DNA from: Squalus acanthias
Taxonomy: Eukaryota
Direction of reading: 5' to 3'
Assembly: GCA_030390025.1 (NCBI GenBank)
Contig: JASTWF010000325.1
Span: forward strand, 62,001 to 126,000
Length of the DNA stretch: 64,000 bases
In this document: positions 1 through 9,723 of the stretch, one piece after another
How positions within the stretch are numbered: the first letter of the stretch is position 1
How the letters are laid out: each line of letters starts with the position of its first letter
Made by a program: the position numbers and the translations under genes
Notes under the pieces: model-generated
What the model was told of the DNA's origin: nothing
What the model saw: the letters and a program-made list of their open reading frames with translations, nothing else
Database searches by the model: none

Positions 1-168
1 CAGGTGAGCGGGAATTTAAAATGTCAATGAGAAATGAGAAAACAATAGAGCAGGATAGAGATGGGGGAAATAATAACCAGAGTGTGACAGGAAGGGACAG
101 AATGTTTAAAAATAAGAGTGCAACAGAAAATGGGGCCAAAACAAGGAGAAATGGTAAAAAGACAAAGT

Positions 169-1065
169 TAAAAGCTCTATATCTGAATGCACGCAGCATT
201 CGTAACAAGATAGATGAGTTGATGGCACAAATAGATACAAATGGGTATGATCTGATCGCCATTACAGAGACGTGGTTGCAAGGTGACCAGGCTGGGAACT
301 GAATATTCCAGGGTTTTTGACAATTCGGAATGATAGACAGAAAGGAAAGGGAGGTGGGGTGGCTTTGTTGGTAAAGGATGGGATTAGTGCAGTGGTAAGA
401 AGTGATATTGGCTCAGAAGATCAAGATGTAGAATCAATTTGGGTGGAGATAAAAAATAATAAGGGGAAAAAGTCTCTGGTGGGTATAGTCTACAGGCCCC
501 CGAACAGTAGCAATACTGTTGGACAGAGTATAAATCAACAAATAATGGAGGCCTGTAAAAAAGGTACGGTAATACTCATGGGTGATTTTAATCTCCATAT
601 TGATTGGACAAATCAAATTGGCCATGGTAGCCTTGAGGAGGAGTTCATAGAGTGCATCCGGGATGGTTTCCTAGAACAGTATGTAATGGAACCAACCAGG
701 GAGCAGGCTATCTTGGATCTGGTACTGTGTAATGAGACAGAATTAATAAATGATATCATAGTAAAGGATCCTCTAGGTAAGAGTGATCATAACAAGGTTG
801 AATTTCAAATTCAGTTGGAGGGTGAGAAAGTTGTATCTCAAACCAGTGTCCTGTTCTTAAACAAAGTCAATTACAATGGCATGAGGCAAGAACTGGCTAA
901 AGTAGACTGGAAAAATAAATTAAAAGGTAAGACAGTTGAAATGCAGTGGCGGACATTTAAGGAGATATTTCATAACTCTCAACAGAAATATATACCAGTG
1001 AGAAAGAAAGATTTTAAGAGAAGGGAACACCATCCGTGGCTAACTAAGGAAGTAAAGGATGGTAT
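169..1065 (+). pseudogene. CR1 ORF2 N-terminal part (apurinic-type endonuclease), frameshifted near 300
   Basis: ORFs 21..302 and 317..1114 carry successive EN motifs in different frames. The reading runs to ...WLTKEVKDG at the insertion point. Confidence 0.9.
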
Positions 1066-1307
1066 TGTTGAGGCTGCCGCGAAACACGAATTAAGGCTGA
1101 ATCCATGTTTGTAAAACAAGAGACTTCTTTAATGCAACTGCATGGCACAAAATGGCTGAACAGACTGCTCCCAGAATTCTCTGGAAAAATCCTGAGGACC
1201 CGCCCACTCCTGCCTTAAAGGTAAGGTGCCTTAAAGGGAAGGCGCATCGATATGTTGTCCACGGACGGAAAAGTGGGTTATGCCCATTTAGGTGGCGATC
1301 CACCACA
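1066..1307 (-). repeat. 3' LTR of the Gypsy element (242 bp)
   Basis: TGTTGAGGCTG...CCACCACA on +. Aligns to 5170-5409 with ~9 substitutions and 2 one-base indels by manual count. Confidence 0.93.
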
Positions 1308-1320
1308 CAGCTCCCCCCAG
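1308..1320 (-). other. Polypurine tract (plus-strand primer)
   Basis: Minus strand reads CTGGGGGGAGCTG immediately before the TGTGG start of the 3' LTR. Confidence 0.8.
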
Positions 1321-1327
1321 AATCCGC

Positions 1328-2480
1328 TCAGGAGGTGTGGACGAGACGGTGCGGCGGTCTGATGGGCCGGCCGGAGCGGCTCTTGTAGGACACCGGTGGA
1401 CGTGGAACGGCCGGGCGTGGAGCAGCTGGGTGAGCCGCCTTGAGGGCAGGTCGGCCGCGTGGAGGTGGACGAGCTACAGGGACCTGCTCCCTGGGCTCCG
1501 AGTGTGCTGGCTTGAGTCGGTCAACCAACACTTTTTCGGTCCTGTCGCCCACTTGCAGGGTGAAAAATTTGTCCCCAGCCTGTAGCACCTTGTAGGGCCC
1601 GTCGTACGGGGGTTGAAGGGGTCCGCGGTGGGCATCGTGCCGGACGAAAACAAAACGTGCCTGGTGCAGGCTTAGTGGGATGTGTGAGGTGGATTCGCCG
1701 TGTCGGGCAATGGGCACCGGGGCGAACTGCAGCGCCGGTGAGGCGAAGTCGTGGAGTTGCTGGTCGGCTGACCAGGGTGTCGTGGCGGTGGGCAGGAACT
1801 CGCCGGGTACGTGCAGCGGCTGACCGTACACAAGCTCTGCTGCCGATGCGTGGAGGTCTTCTTTAACCGCAGTGCGCAGGCCGAGGAGGACCCACGGAAG
1901 TCGGGCGGTCCAGGCGCCGTCCTGGAGGATGGCTCGAAGAGATGCCTTCAAGGATCTGTGGAACCGCTCACACAGTCCGTTGGCTTGGGGGTGGTACGCT
2001 GTGGTGCGGTGAATGGTCACCCCGAGATTGCGTGCGACGGCGGTCCAGAGTTCAGAGGTAAATTGCGGACCTCTGTCCGAAGTCATGTCGGAGGGGACGC
2101 CGAACCGTGCGACCCAGGTGCTGACGAAGGCTCTGGCGATGTCGGTGGTGGTGATAGAGGTCAGTGGAATTGCCTCGGGCCAGCGTGTGGTGCGGTCAAC
2201 GATGGTCAGCAAGTGCGTGTGGCCTTGCGACGGCGGCAGGGGCCCGACGATGTCCACGTGGATGTGGTCGAATCTCCGCGAGGGGACGGTAAACTCCTCG
2301 ATGGGTGCTTTCGTGTGTTGCTGTACCTTGGCCCGTTGGCAGGCTAGGCCCAAGTATGCACATCCTTGCGAAGGCCGCGCCAGATGAAGCGGTTGGCTAC
2401 CAATTTGATGGATGCGCGGGCGCCGGGGTGGGAGAGGTTGTGGAGAATGTCGAATACCCGGTGGCGCCATACGCTGGGAC
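1328..2480 (-). pseudogene. Gypsy integrase, frameshifted in the zinc-binding domain
   Basis: HIHVDIVGPLP, TSDRGPQFTS, TTAYHPQANGLCERFH and a GPY motif (PYDGPYKV). The N-terminal WRHRVFDILHNLSHPG...W segment lies in another frame. Confidence 0.9.
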
Positions 2481-3908
2481 GACGGGCCGAGGTTGACATA
2501 GGGATATGTTGCACTTGACCGTGACTGCGGTCGGGCCACAGGCGACGTCGGCCAGGTGTAGCCCTGGTAGGTTGGTGGGTGCGGAGAGCAGATCAGAGTC
2601 GGTGATCTGGTCTGCTGCGAGTTGAGCGTAGTCGACTGCCAGGTGTGCGGTGTGGATGGCGGGGCGGGAGAGGCAGTCGGCTACCACATTTTCTCGGCCG
2701 GAGACGTGTTGGATGTCCGTGGTGAACTCGGACACTGCCGCGAGCTGGCGCTGCTGCCTGGCGGACCAGGGGTCGGTTGTCTTTGCCATTGCGAATGTCA
2801 GAGGCTTGTGGTCGACAAACGCAGTGAAGGGGAGGCCCTCAAGCAAAAACTGGAAATGGCGGACCGCCAGGAACAGCGCGAGGAGCTCGCGGTCAAAGGT
2901 GCTGTACTTGACCTCCGGGGGGCGTAGTTGCCGGCTGAAGAAGGCAAGTGGTTGCCAGGCACCGTCGACCCACTGCTCATACACGGCGCCGACCGCGTGG
3001 TTGGAGGTGTCCGTGGTGAGCGCTACCCTGGCATTGGGCTGTGGGTGCACGAGCAGGGTGGCGTTGGCGAGCGCGGTCTTGGTGGAGTTGAAGGCGACGG
3101 ACGCGTCTGCCGTCCATTCGACCGCCATCTTGCCGCTCCTGCCCCGGAGGGCTTCATAAAGGGGCCTCATGAGGGACGCCGCTTTGGGGATGAAGCGGTT
3201 ATAGAAATTCACCATCCCGAGGAACTCCTGGAGGCCTTTGATGGTGGTGGGGCGGGGAAATTGTTGGGCGGACTGCACCTTGGTGGGCAGGGGAATGGCC
3301 CCAGCATGGGTGATGTGGTGGCCGAGGAAGTCGATCTTGTCCAGGCCGAACTGGCATTTGGCTGGGCTGAGGATGAGCCCGTGGTCGCTGAGGCGCCCGA
3401 GCAGGATGCGAAGGTGTTCGAGGTGTTCCTGCTTGGAGGAACTGGCTACCAGGATGTCGTCCAGGTAGACGAACAGGAACTTCAGGTCCCGAAGCACCGA
3501 GTCCATGAGCCGTTGGAATGCCTGGGCCGCGTTTTTGAGGCCGAAGGGCATCCGCAGGAACTCGAACAGGCCGAAGGGGGTGATTACGGCCATCTTGGGG
3601 ATGTCCGAGGGGTGGACGGGGACTTGGTGGTAGCCGCGCACCAGGTCAACCTTGGAAAAGACTGAGCGGCCGGCCAGTCTAGTCGAGAAGTCCTGAATGT
3701 GCGGCACGGGGTACCGATCAGGGGTGGTGGCGTCGTTGAGGCGGCGGTAATCCCCGCAGGGGCGCCAACCTCCGCCTGGTTTGGGGGCGATGTGGAGTGG
3801 GGAGGCCCAGGGACTGTTGGAGCGGCGGATGATGCCGAGCTGTTCCATGGTGGCAAACTCGGTCCGCGCGATCTCCAGTTTGGCCGGGTCCAGCCTGCGG
3901 GCGTGGGC
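2481..3908 (-). pseudogene. Gypsy reverse transcriptase and RNase H
   Basis: SPWASPL, WRPCGDYRRLN, GLFEFLRMPFGLKNA, VYLDDIL. RNase H motifs TTDTS, YSTFDRELLA, VDHKPL, NVVADCLSR. Confidence 0.95.
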
Positions 3909-5129
3909 TTACACTGGGGGGCTTGTGGTGGGGATGAAGTGTTCCACCCCGTGTTTGGCGGCCTCCGCGGAGAAGGTCGGATTGGTAAGGGCCGGGAATT
4001 CAGCCAGGAGTGCCGAGTAGTCATCCGTGGCCCGGGCGTGGCACTGTGACGCCATGTCGGCGGGTTGACGGGGGGCCATGGCGCCCAGGATGGGGGACAT
4101 GGTGTTCATGTCCACGAGGCGGTGACGAGGGATGTCTACCAGTAGGCCCTGGGCGCACAGGAAATCTGCGCTGATGAGAGGGGAGAGCACCTTGGCAGTG
4201 ATGAACTCCCATCGGTAGCGGCGACCAGCGAGGTCGAGGGTGACTGTCCGGGTGCCATACATCCGGATTTCCGAGCTGTTAGTAGCAGCCAGCGCTGGTC
4301 CTCGTTCGCCCTTTTGGATGTCGAGGGAGGAGGCCGGGATGATGCTGTGCTGAGCCCCAGTGTCGCACAGGAACCGGCGGCCGGTTTTGTCATCCGTGAC
4401 GAACAGCAGGGAGCCCGCGTGGCCCACGGCCATCACGGGGGCTGGTACGGGGGTGGACTTGAAAGAGCAGGGAGGTGTGCACCGTTGTGCCCTGGCGCCG
4501 AACCGTACGTGGTAGTAACAGTGGCCCGGGTTAGTGGGGCGTGAAGGCCCCATGGGCCTGGTGGCAGGCCCTTGTGGCCGAGTGCTGGCCGGTGAGGGGC
4601 GCGCCCAGGCATTGGCTGCCAGGTCCGGAGTGACGTCGCGGCTGGAGTGAGCGGACAGCAGCTTGTCGGCCTCATCGGCCAGGGCTTCCAGGTTCGTGAG
4701 GCCGGACGCCACGATCGCTGGGCGGATGCTGAGTGGGAGCTGGCGGATGAACAGTGTGCGGAAGAGGGATCCGGGTGGGCTCTCGTCGGTGAGGGAGAGC
4801 ATGTGGGAGAGGAGGTCTGACGGTGAGGCATCACCGAGGCCTAGAAGGTCGAGGAGGTGGCAGTTTCGCTGATATGCCGAGGCCGTAAATTTTTTAAGGA
4901 CCGCTGTCTTGAGATGTGCGTACCTGCCTTCCTCTGGTGGGTTCTGCAGCGTTGTCCAAACCTTTGAAACTGTGGCGCTACCGAATGATGTGACGAGATA
5001 GTCGTACTTCGTCCCATCTGCGGTGATATTTTGCAGCCGGAAGCGAGATTCAGCTTGGAGAAACCAGGCTTCGGGTTGGTTTTCCCAAAACTCCGGCAGT
5101 TTCAAGGAAACTGCGCTCGTGTCCGCCAT
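3909..5129 (-). CDS. Gypsy Gag plus aspartic protease (406 aa, ends at an in-frame TAA before RT)
   Basis: KLPEFW...PEAWFLQAE Gag N-terminus, CHCC knuckle and protease active site FLCDTGA. The same frame continues into RT after the stop at 3909-3911. Confidence 0.85.
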   Translation of the reverse strand: MADTSAVSLKLPEFWENQPEAWFLQAESRFRLQNITADGTKYDYLVTSFGSATVSKVWTTLQNPPEEGRYAHLKTAVLKKFTASAYQRNCHLLDLLGLGDASPSDLLSHMLSLTDESPPGSLFRTLFIRQLPLSIRPAIVASGLTNLEALADEADKLLSAHSSRDVTPDLAANAWARPSPASTRPQGPATRPMGPSRPTNPGHCYYHVRFGARAQRCTPPCSFKSTPVPAPVMAVGHAGSLLFVTDDKTGRRFLCDTGAQHSIIPASSLDIQKGERGPALAATNSSEIRMYGTRTVTLDLAGRRYRWEFITAKVLSPLISADFLCAQGLLVDIPRHRLVDMNTMSPILGAMAPRQPADMASQCHARATDDYSALLAEFPALTNPTFSAEAAKHGVEHFIPTTSPPV

Positions 5130-5154
5130 TGCATTGCTCGGAATACGTTCTGAG

Positions 5155-5168
5155 CGTCGGGGTCACCA
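5155..5168 (-). other. Primer-binding site complementary to tRNA-Trp
   Basis: Minus strand TGGTGACCCCGACG, 1 nt after the 5' LTR. It complements the vertebrate tRNA-Trp 3' end CGTCGGGGTCACCA. Confidence 0.9.
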
Positions 5169-5169
5169 A

Positions 5170-5409
5170 TGTTGAGGCTGCCGCGAAACACGAATTAAGG
5201 CTGAATCCATGTGTGTAAAACAAGAGACTTTTTAATGCAACTGCATGGCACAAAATGGCTGAACAGACTGCTCCCAGAATTCTCTGGAAAAAGCCTGAGG
5301 CCCCGCCCACTCCTGCCTTAAAGGTAAGGTGCCTTAAAGGGAAGGTGCATCGATATATTGCCCACGGACGGAAAAGTGGGTAATGCCCGTTTAGGTGGCG
5401 TCCGCCACA
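5170..5409 (-). repeat. 5' LTR of the Gypsy element (240 bp)
   Basis: TGTTGAGGCTG...CCGCCACA on +, followed by the TSD GTAT and adjacent to the PBS. Confidence 0.93.
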
Positions 5410-5413
5410 GTAT

Positions 5414-7310
5414 CAAATTGAAAATGAAGGCATAAATGTTGCCAAGATTGGTGGGAGGCCAGAGGATTGGGAAATTTTTAAAAACCAGCAACGGATGACT
5501 AAAAAAATAATAAAAAGAGAGAAGATGAATTATGAGAGTAAACTGGCAAGAAATATTAAAACAGATAGTAAGAGCTTCTACAGGTATATAAAAAGGAAGA
5601 GAGTAGCTAAAGTAAACGTTGGTCCCTTAGAGGATGAGAATGGGGAATTAATAATGGGGAATAGGGAATATGGCAGAGACTCTGAACAAATATTTTGTAT
5701 CTGTCTTCATGGTAGAAGACACTAACAACATCCCAATAATGGATAATCAAAGGGCCACAGGGAGGGGGGAACTAAAGACAATCACTATCACTAAGGAAAT
5801 AGTACTTGGTAAAATAATGGAACTACAAGATGACAAGTCCCCTGGATCAGATGGCCTGCATCCCAGGGTCTTAAAAGAAGTGGCTGCAGAGATAGTGGAT
5901 GCATTGGTTGCAATCTACCAAAATTCCCTGGACTCTGGAGAGTTCCCAGCGGATTGGAAAACCGCAAATGTAACACCCCTATTTAAGAAAGGAGGGAGAC
6001 AGAAAGCAGGAAACTATAGACCAGTTAGCCTAACATCTGTCGTTGGGAAAATGCTGGAGTCCATCATTAAGGAAGCAATAGCAGGGCATTTGGAAAACCA
6101 TAATGCAGTCAAGCAGAGTCAGCATGGTTTTATGAAAGGGAAATCATGTTTAACAAATTTGCTGGAGTTCTTTGAGGATGTAATGAGCAGGGTGGATAAA
6201 GGGGAACCAGTGGATGTGGTGTATTTGGATTTCCAGAAGGCATTCGATAAGGTGCCACATAAAAGGTTACTGCATAAGATAAGAGCTCACGGAGTTGGGG
6301 GTAATATATTAGCATGGATAGAGAATTGGCTAACTAACAGAAAGCAGAGAGTCGGGATAAATGGGTCATTTTCCGGTTGGCAAACTGTAACTAGTGGGGT
6401 GCCACAGGGATCGGTGCTGGGGCCTCAACTATTTACAATCTACATTAATGACTTGGATGAAGGGACCGAGTGTAATGTAGCCAAGTTTGCGGATGATACA
6501 AAGATGGGTGGGAAAGCAAATTGTGCAGAGGACTCAAAGAATCTGCAAAGGGATATAGACAGGCTAAGTAAGTGGGCAAACATTTGGCAGATGGAGTATA
6601 ATATGGGAAAGTGCGAGATTATACACTTTGGCAGGAAAAATAAAAAAGCAAATTATTATTTAAATGAAGAGAGATTACAAAATGCTACAGTTCAGAGGGA
6701 CCTGGGGGTCCTTGTGCATGAAACACAAAAAGTTAGCAAGCAAGTAATCAAAAAGGCAAATGGAATGTTGGCCTTTATTGCAAGGGGGTTGGAGTATAAA
6801 AGCAGGGAAGTCCTGCTACAATGGTGGTATTGGTGAGACCACACCTTGAGTACTGCGTACAGTTTTGGTCTCCTTATTTAAGGAAGGATATACTTGCATT
6901 GGAGGCAGTTCAGAGAAGGTTCACGAGGTTAATTCCAGAGATGAGGGGGTTGACTTATGAAGAAAGGTTGAGCAGGTTGGGCCTATACTCATTGGAATTT
7001 ATAAGAATGAGAGGTGATCTTATTGAAACATATAAGATACTGAGGGGGCTCGACAAGATAGATGCAGAGAGGATGTTTCCCCTTGTGGGGAAATCTAGAA
7101 CTCGGGGGCATAGTTTCTGAATAAAGGGTTGCCCTTTTAGAACTGAGATGAGGAGGAATTTCTTATCTCAGAGGGTCATAAATCTGTGGAATTCTCTGCC
7201 CCAGAGAGCTGTGGAGGCTGGGTCATTAAATACATTTAAGGTGGAGATAGACAGATTTTTGCAAGATAAGGGAGTGAAGGGTTATGGGGAGCGGGCGGGG
7301 AAGTGGCTTT
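5414..7310 (+). pseudogene. CR1 ORF2 C-terminal part (reverse transcriptase), several frameshifts and stops
   Basis: ORFs 5495..5725, 5670..6836 and 6821..7120 tile the CR1 RT and C-terminal domain (VRPHLEYCVQFWSP, RMRGDLIETYKI). Confidence 0.92.
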
Positions 7311-7401
7311 GAGCCCAAAGTCAGCCATGATCTTATTGAATGGCAGAGCAGGCTCGAGGGGCCAAGTGGCCTATTCCTGCTCCTATTTCTTATGTTCTTA
7401 T

Positions 7402-8437
7402 CCTCCTCTGCCTCGTCCTCCTCCTGAGGTGGTCCTGCAATACCTGCTGGCAAGGGCTGTGCCCTCATGATGGCCAAGTTGTGGAGCATGCAGCAGACCA
7501 CCATGAAATTGGACACCTGCTCTGGCGAGTACTGGAGGGCTCCTCCCAAACGGTCAATGCAGCGGACCCATTGCTTCAATAAGCCGATGGTCTGCTCAAT
7601 GATGTTCCTGGTGGCAGTACGACTCTCATTATATGAGTGCTGGGCACGAGTGTTGGGGTTGTGGAAGGGAGTCATGAGCCAGGTGGTGGGCATTGACATT
7701 GAAGATTTGCTGTGTGTGGTCGCACACCAACTACATATTAAGTGAGTGGTAGCCTTTGCGGTTACGGAAGATCTCAGGATTGTTATGCAAAGCCATGTGG
7801 GTGTAGTCGATGGCGCCCTGCACCATGCAAAGCCACATGAACACTCGTCCTGCTTCTCTCTGGTGATCGGGAAGCCAATGTAGTCCCTTCTCCTGGTGTA
7901 GAGAGCCTCAGTGACCTCTCGGATGCAGCGATGGATGGTAAACTGTGAGATGTTAGCTATGTCTCCTGTTGCAGACTGGAAGGATCTGCTGGTGAAGAAA
8001 TTGAGGGCCACAGTAACCTTGACTGCCACTGGGAGAGCCATGGTCGCCCTGGTCTGAGGATGGAGGTCTGGTTGCAGGAGGTGGCAGAGTTCTGTGACCA
8101 CTTCCTTGGTGAAGCGAAGCCTCCTAATACACTAAAATTACAACAGAAAATGCTGGAAATACTCAGCAGGTCAGGCAGCATTGTGGAGAGAGAAACAGAG
8201 TTAACATTTCAGGTCGATGACCCTTTGTCAGAACTGTGGCCGCCTAATACACTGCTCCTCGCTTAATTGAAGGTAGGAGAAGTGATGTCGGAAGACCCTA
8301 GGAGGGTAAGACCTCCTGCTGAGAGCCCTGATGGCTCTCCTCCTCCCTCTGTGCACATGTTCCCGCCTTTCTCGCTGCCTTCGTTCCCTCCGCTGTAGAT
8401 CCTGGAGGGCGAGGTCGACTGCCAGTACAACCCTCAT
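7402..8437 (-). pseudogene. Decayed PIF/Harbinger transposase (HARBI1-like DDE nuclease)
   Basis: Reconstructed motifs: LSEEQCIRRLRFTKEVVTELC, VKVTVALNFF, GDIANISQ, (frameshift) VQGAIDYTH, NRKGYHSLN*LVCDH, TRNIIEQTIGLLK, GGALQYSPE, CCMLHNLA, then an acidic tail. Has an internal deletion and an insertion. Confidence 0.88.
8134..8238. mobile_element. ~105-bp insertion with a ~15-bp TSD; resembles the terminal segment of shark Penelope-like repeats (tentative)
   Basis: Flanked by GCCTCCTAATACACT (8119-8133) and GCCGCCTAATACACT (8239-8253). Removing it restores the transposase frame. The family call is from memory only. Confidence 0.65.
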
Positions 8438-9169
8438 GATTTTTAGCAAGTGTTGTATGTTGAAGCCTTTCAAAAATAATGAAGCAGTTTTGTACTTGCC
8501 AAAACACTCCCTGATACCAAAGAACCTGGAAATGACTAAGGAAAACTCTTGCAGTTGCAGGAAGTAGCACACAGCCACTCAAACTGCAAAACCCTGACAG
8601 GTGTGAGTGATTGGTGAAGATCCCTTTAAATATCATCGCTGGAGCCGGCTTCCTGCTGCTGCACGCCACCTGAAGCTGTTTCTGCTTTCTCCAGCCGGTA
8701 AGTACATTGACTAAAATGAAGTTGAGAGATTGGGCGTCCAGTGAGCGTTGCACACTCACTGATGCCACGATCTCCATCATGGCAAGCTCCCTGGCGATCA
8801 AGGTTACCAGCAGCGCTACCGGCAACACCAATATGGTGTGCGGCACTGGAACCAGCATCATCTGTTGTTACAGCTGTCAACAGCATTTTAATGCCATCTC
8901 CTGACGCTAACGTGTAGCACAAGCCACATGAATTTCTCCCCCAAAGAACCTAAATATTAGATATCTAGATACCTAACCTAGATACGTATCTTTGGCTCCA
9001 CTCCTTTGTTTGAGTTGAGCGTGAGAAACTGTCTTCCTCCTCTCCACCAAATTCCTACTCTCACCAAATTCTCAGCTTCCACTCTGTTTGCAATCCACTC
9101 CGATTTCGATTCACCCAGATCCATCTCCAAGCTCTGTGCCCAAGCTAAATGTTTGTTGGGTAAATTAAG

Positions 9170-9285
9170 TTGGGGAATGATCAGCCGTAATCTAATAGAA
9201 TGGCAGAGCAGGCTTGAGGGGCTGAATGGCCTCCTCCTTTTCCTATGTAACATGCTCGAAGTGCTGAATGGCCTCCTCCTGTTCA
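9170..9285 (+). repeat. CR1 3'-UTR fragments, partly duplicated in tandem
   Basis: AATGGCAGAGCAGGCTTGAGGGGCTGAATGGCCTCCTCCT resembles 7339-7380. GCTGAATGGCCTCCTCCT occurs twice. Confidence 0.7.
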
Positions 9286-9573
9286 GCATTAATCTGAGCG
9301 GGAGCGGAGCGAGAGCTGAGCGGGGATAAAGAACATGGTGAGAGCAGAGCAACTCAACACAGGCAGAATTTGAAAGAGTGACATCAGAGTAAAAAACCTA
9401 AAGTGACGTCAGCACAAAGGAAGGAACTGATTGGTGAGTAGCTGGTGAGTGTTTTTTTTTAAGTTTTAAGTTTATTTATGCTAAGTTCTGCTAAAGAGCA
9501 CGGTCGGAGAGGGGCTCTTCAAGTTAGGGGCCGGGGTTAAATAGCTGGTTAGGGATAAAGCAGGAGCTTGGAG

Positions 9574-9636
9574 ATTAGTAACTGTTAATACTACATTAAA
9601 TTAGTAACTGTTAATACTATATTAAATTAGTAACTT
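9574..9636. repeat. 26-bp tandem repeat (~2.4 copies) in the CR1 5' UTR
   Basis: ATTAGTAACTGTTAATACTAYATTAA at 9574 and 9600, partial copy at 9626. Confidence 0.8.
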
Positions 9637-9723
9637 AATAATATGTTATATTAATAACTTGAATTAGGTACATCTTAATCTTAAGTTGCTGTAAAATTAG
9701 TTAATAGTCGAATAAATAAAGGC

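Larger units (their letters stand above)
1066..5409 (-). mobile_element. Full-length but defective Ty3/Gypsy LTR retrotransposon, CsRn1/Kabuki-like clade
   Basis: Direct LTRs with TG...CA ends. 4-bp TSD GTAT at 1062-1065 and 5410-5413. tRNA-Trp PBS and PPT present. Domain order Gag-PR-RT-RH-IN. Gag has a CHCC knuckle (CYYHVRFGARAQRCTPPC). Confidence 0.95.
1..7401 (+). mobile_element. CR1-clade LINE, copy 1 (5' part outside the window), split by the Gypsy insertion
   Basis: APE endonuclease motifs (LYLNARSIRNK, IAITETWL, GGGVALLV, YRPPN, GDFN, SDH) at ~170-800. RT motifs (NYRPVSLTS, QHGF, YLDFQKAFD, GVPQGSVLGP, KFADD) at 5670-6836. CR1-type 3' UTR ends ...GGCCTATTCCTGCTCCTATTTCTTATGTTCTTAT at ~7401. 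Confidence 0.95.

Noticed and set aside
1152..4872. Plus-strand ORFs antisense to Gypsy gag-pol (e.g. 2928..3665, 1811..2347)
   Set aside because: These are shadow ORFs expected from high GC content, with no recognisable domains.
1066..5409. Endogenous retrovirus (PBS shared with avian retroviruses)
   Set aside because: There is no env and no room for one, and the RT, integrase and Gag motifs are Ty3/Gypsy type.
7226..8101. Domesticated host HARBI1 gene
   Set aside because: It has frameshifts, an in-frame stop, deletion of the central catalytic region, a TE insertion and a truncated C-terminus. It is a dead transposon copy.
8925..8945. Possible Harbinger terminal inverted repeat (AATTTCTCCCC)
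   Set aside because: No partner TIR or TSD can be verified within the window.
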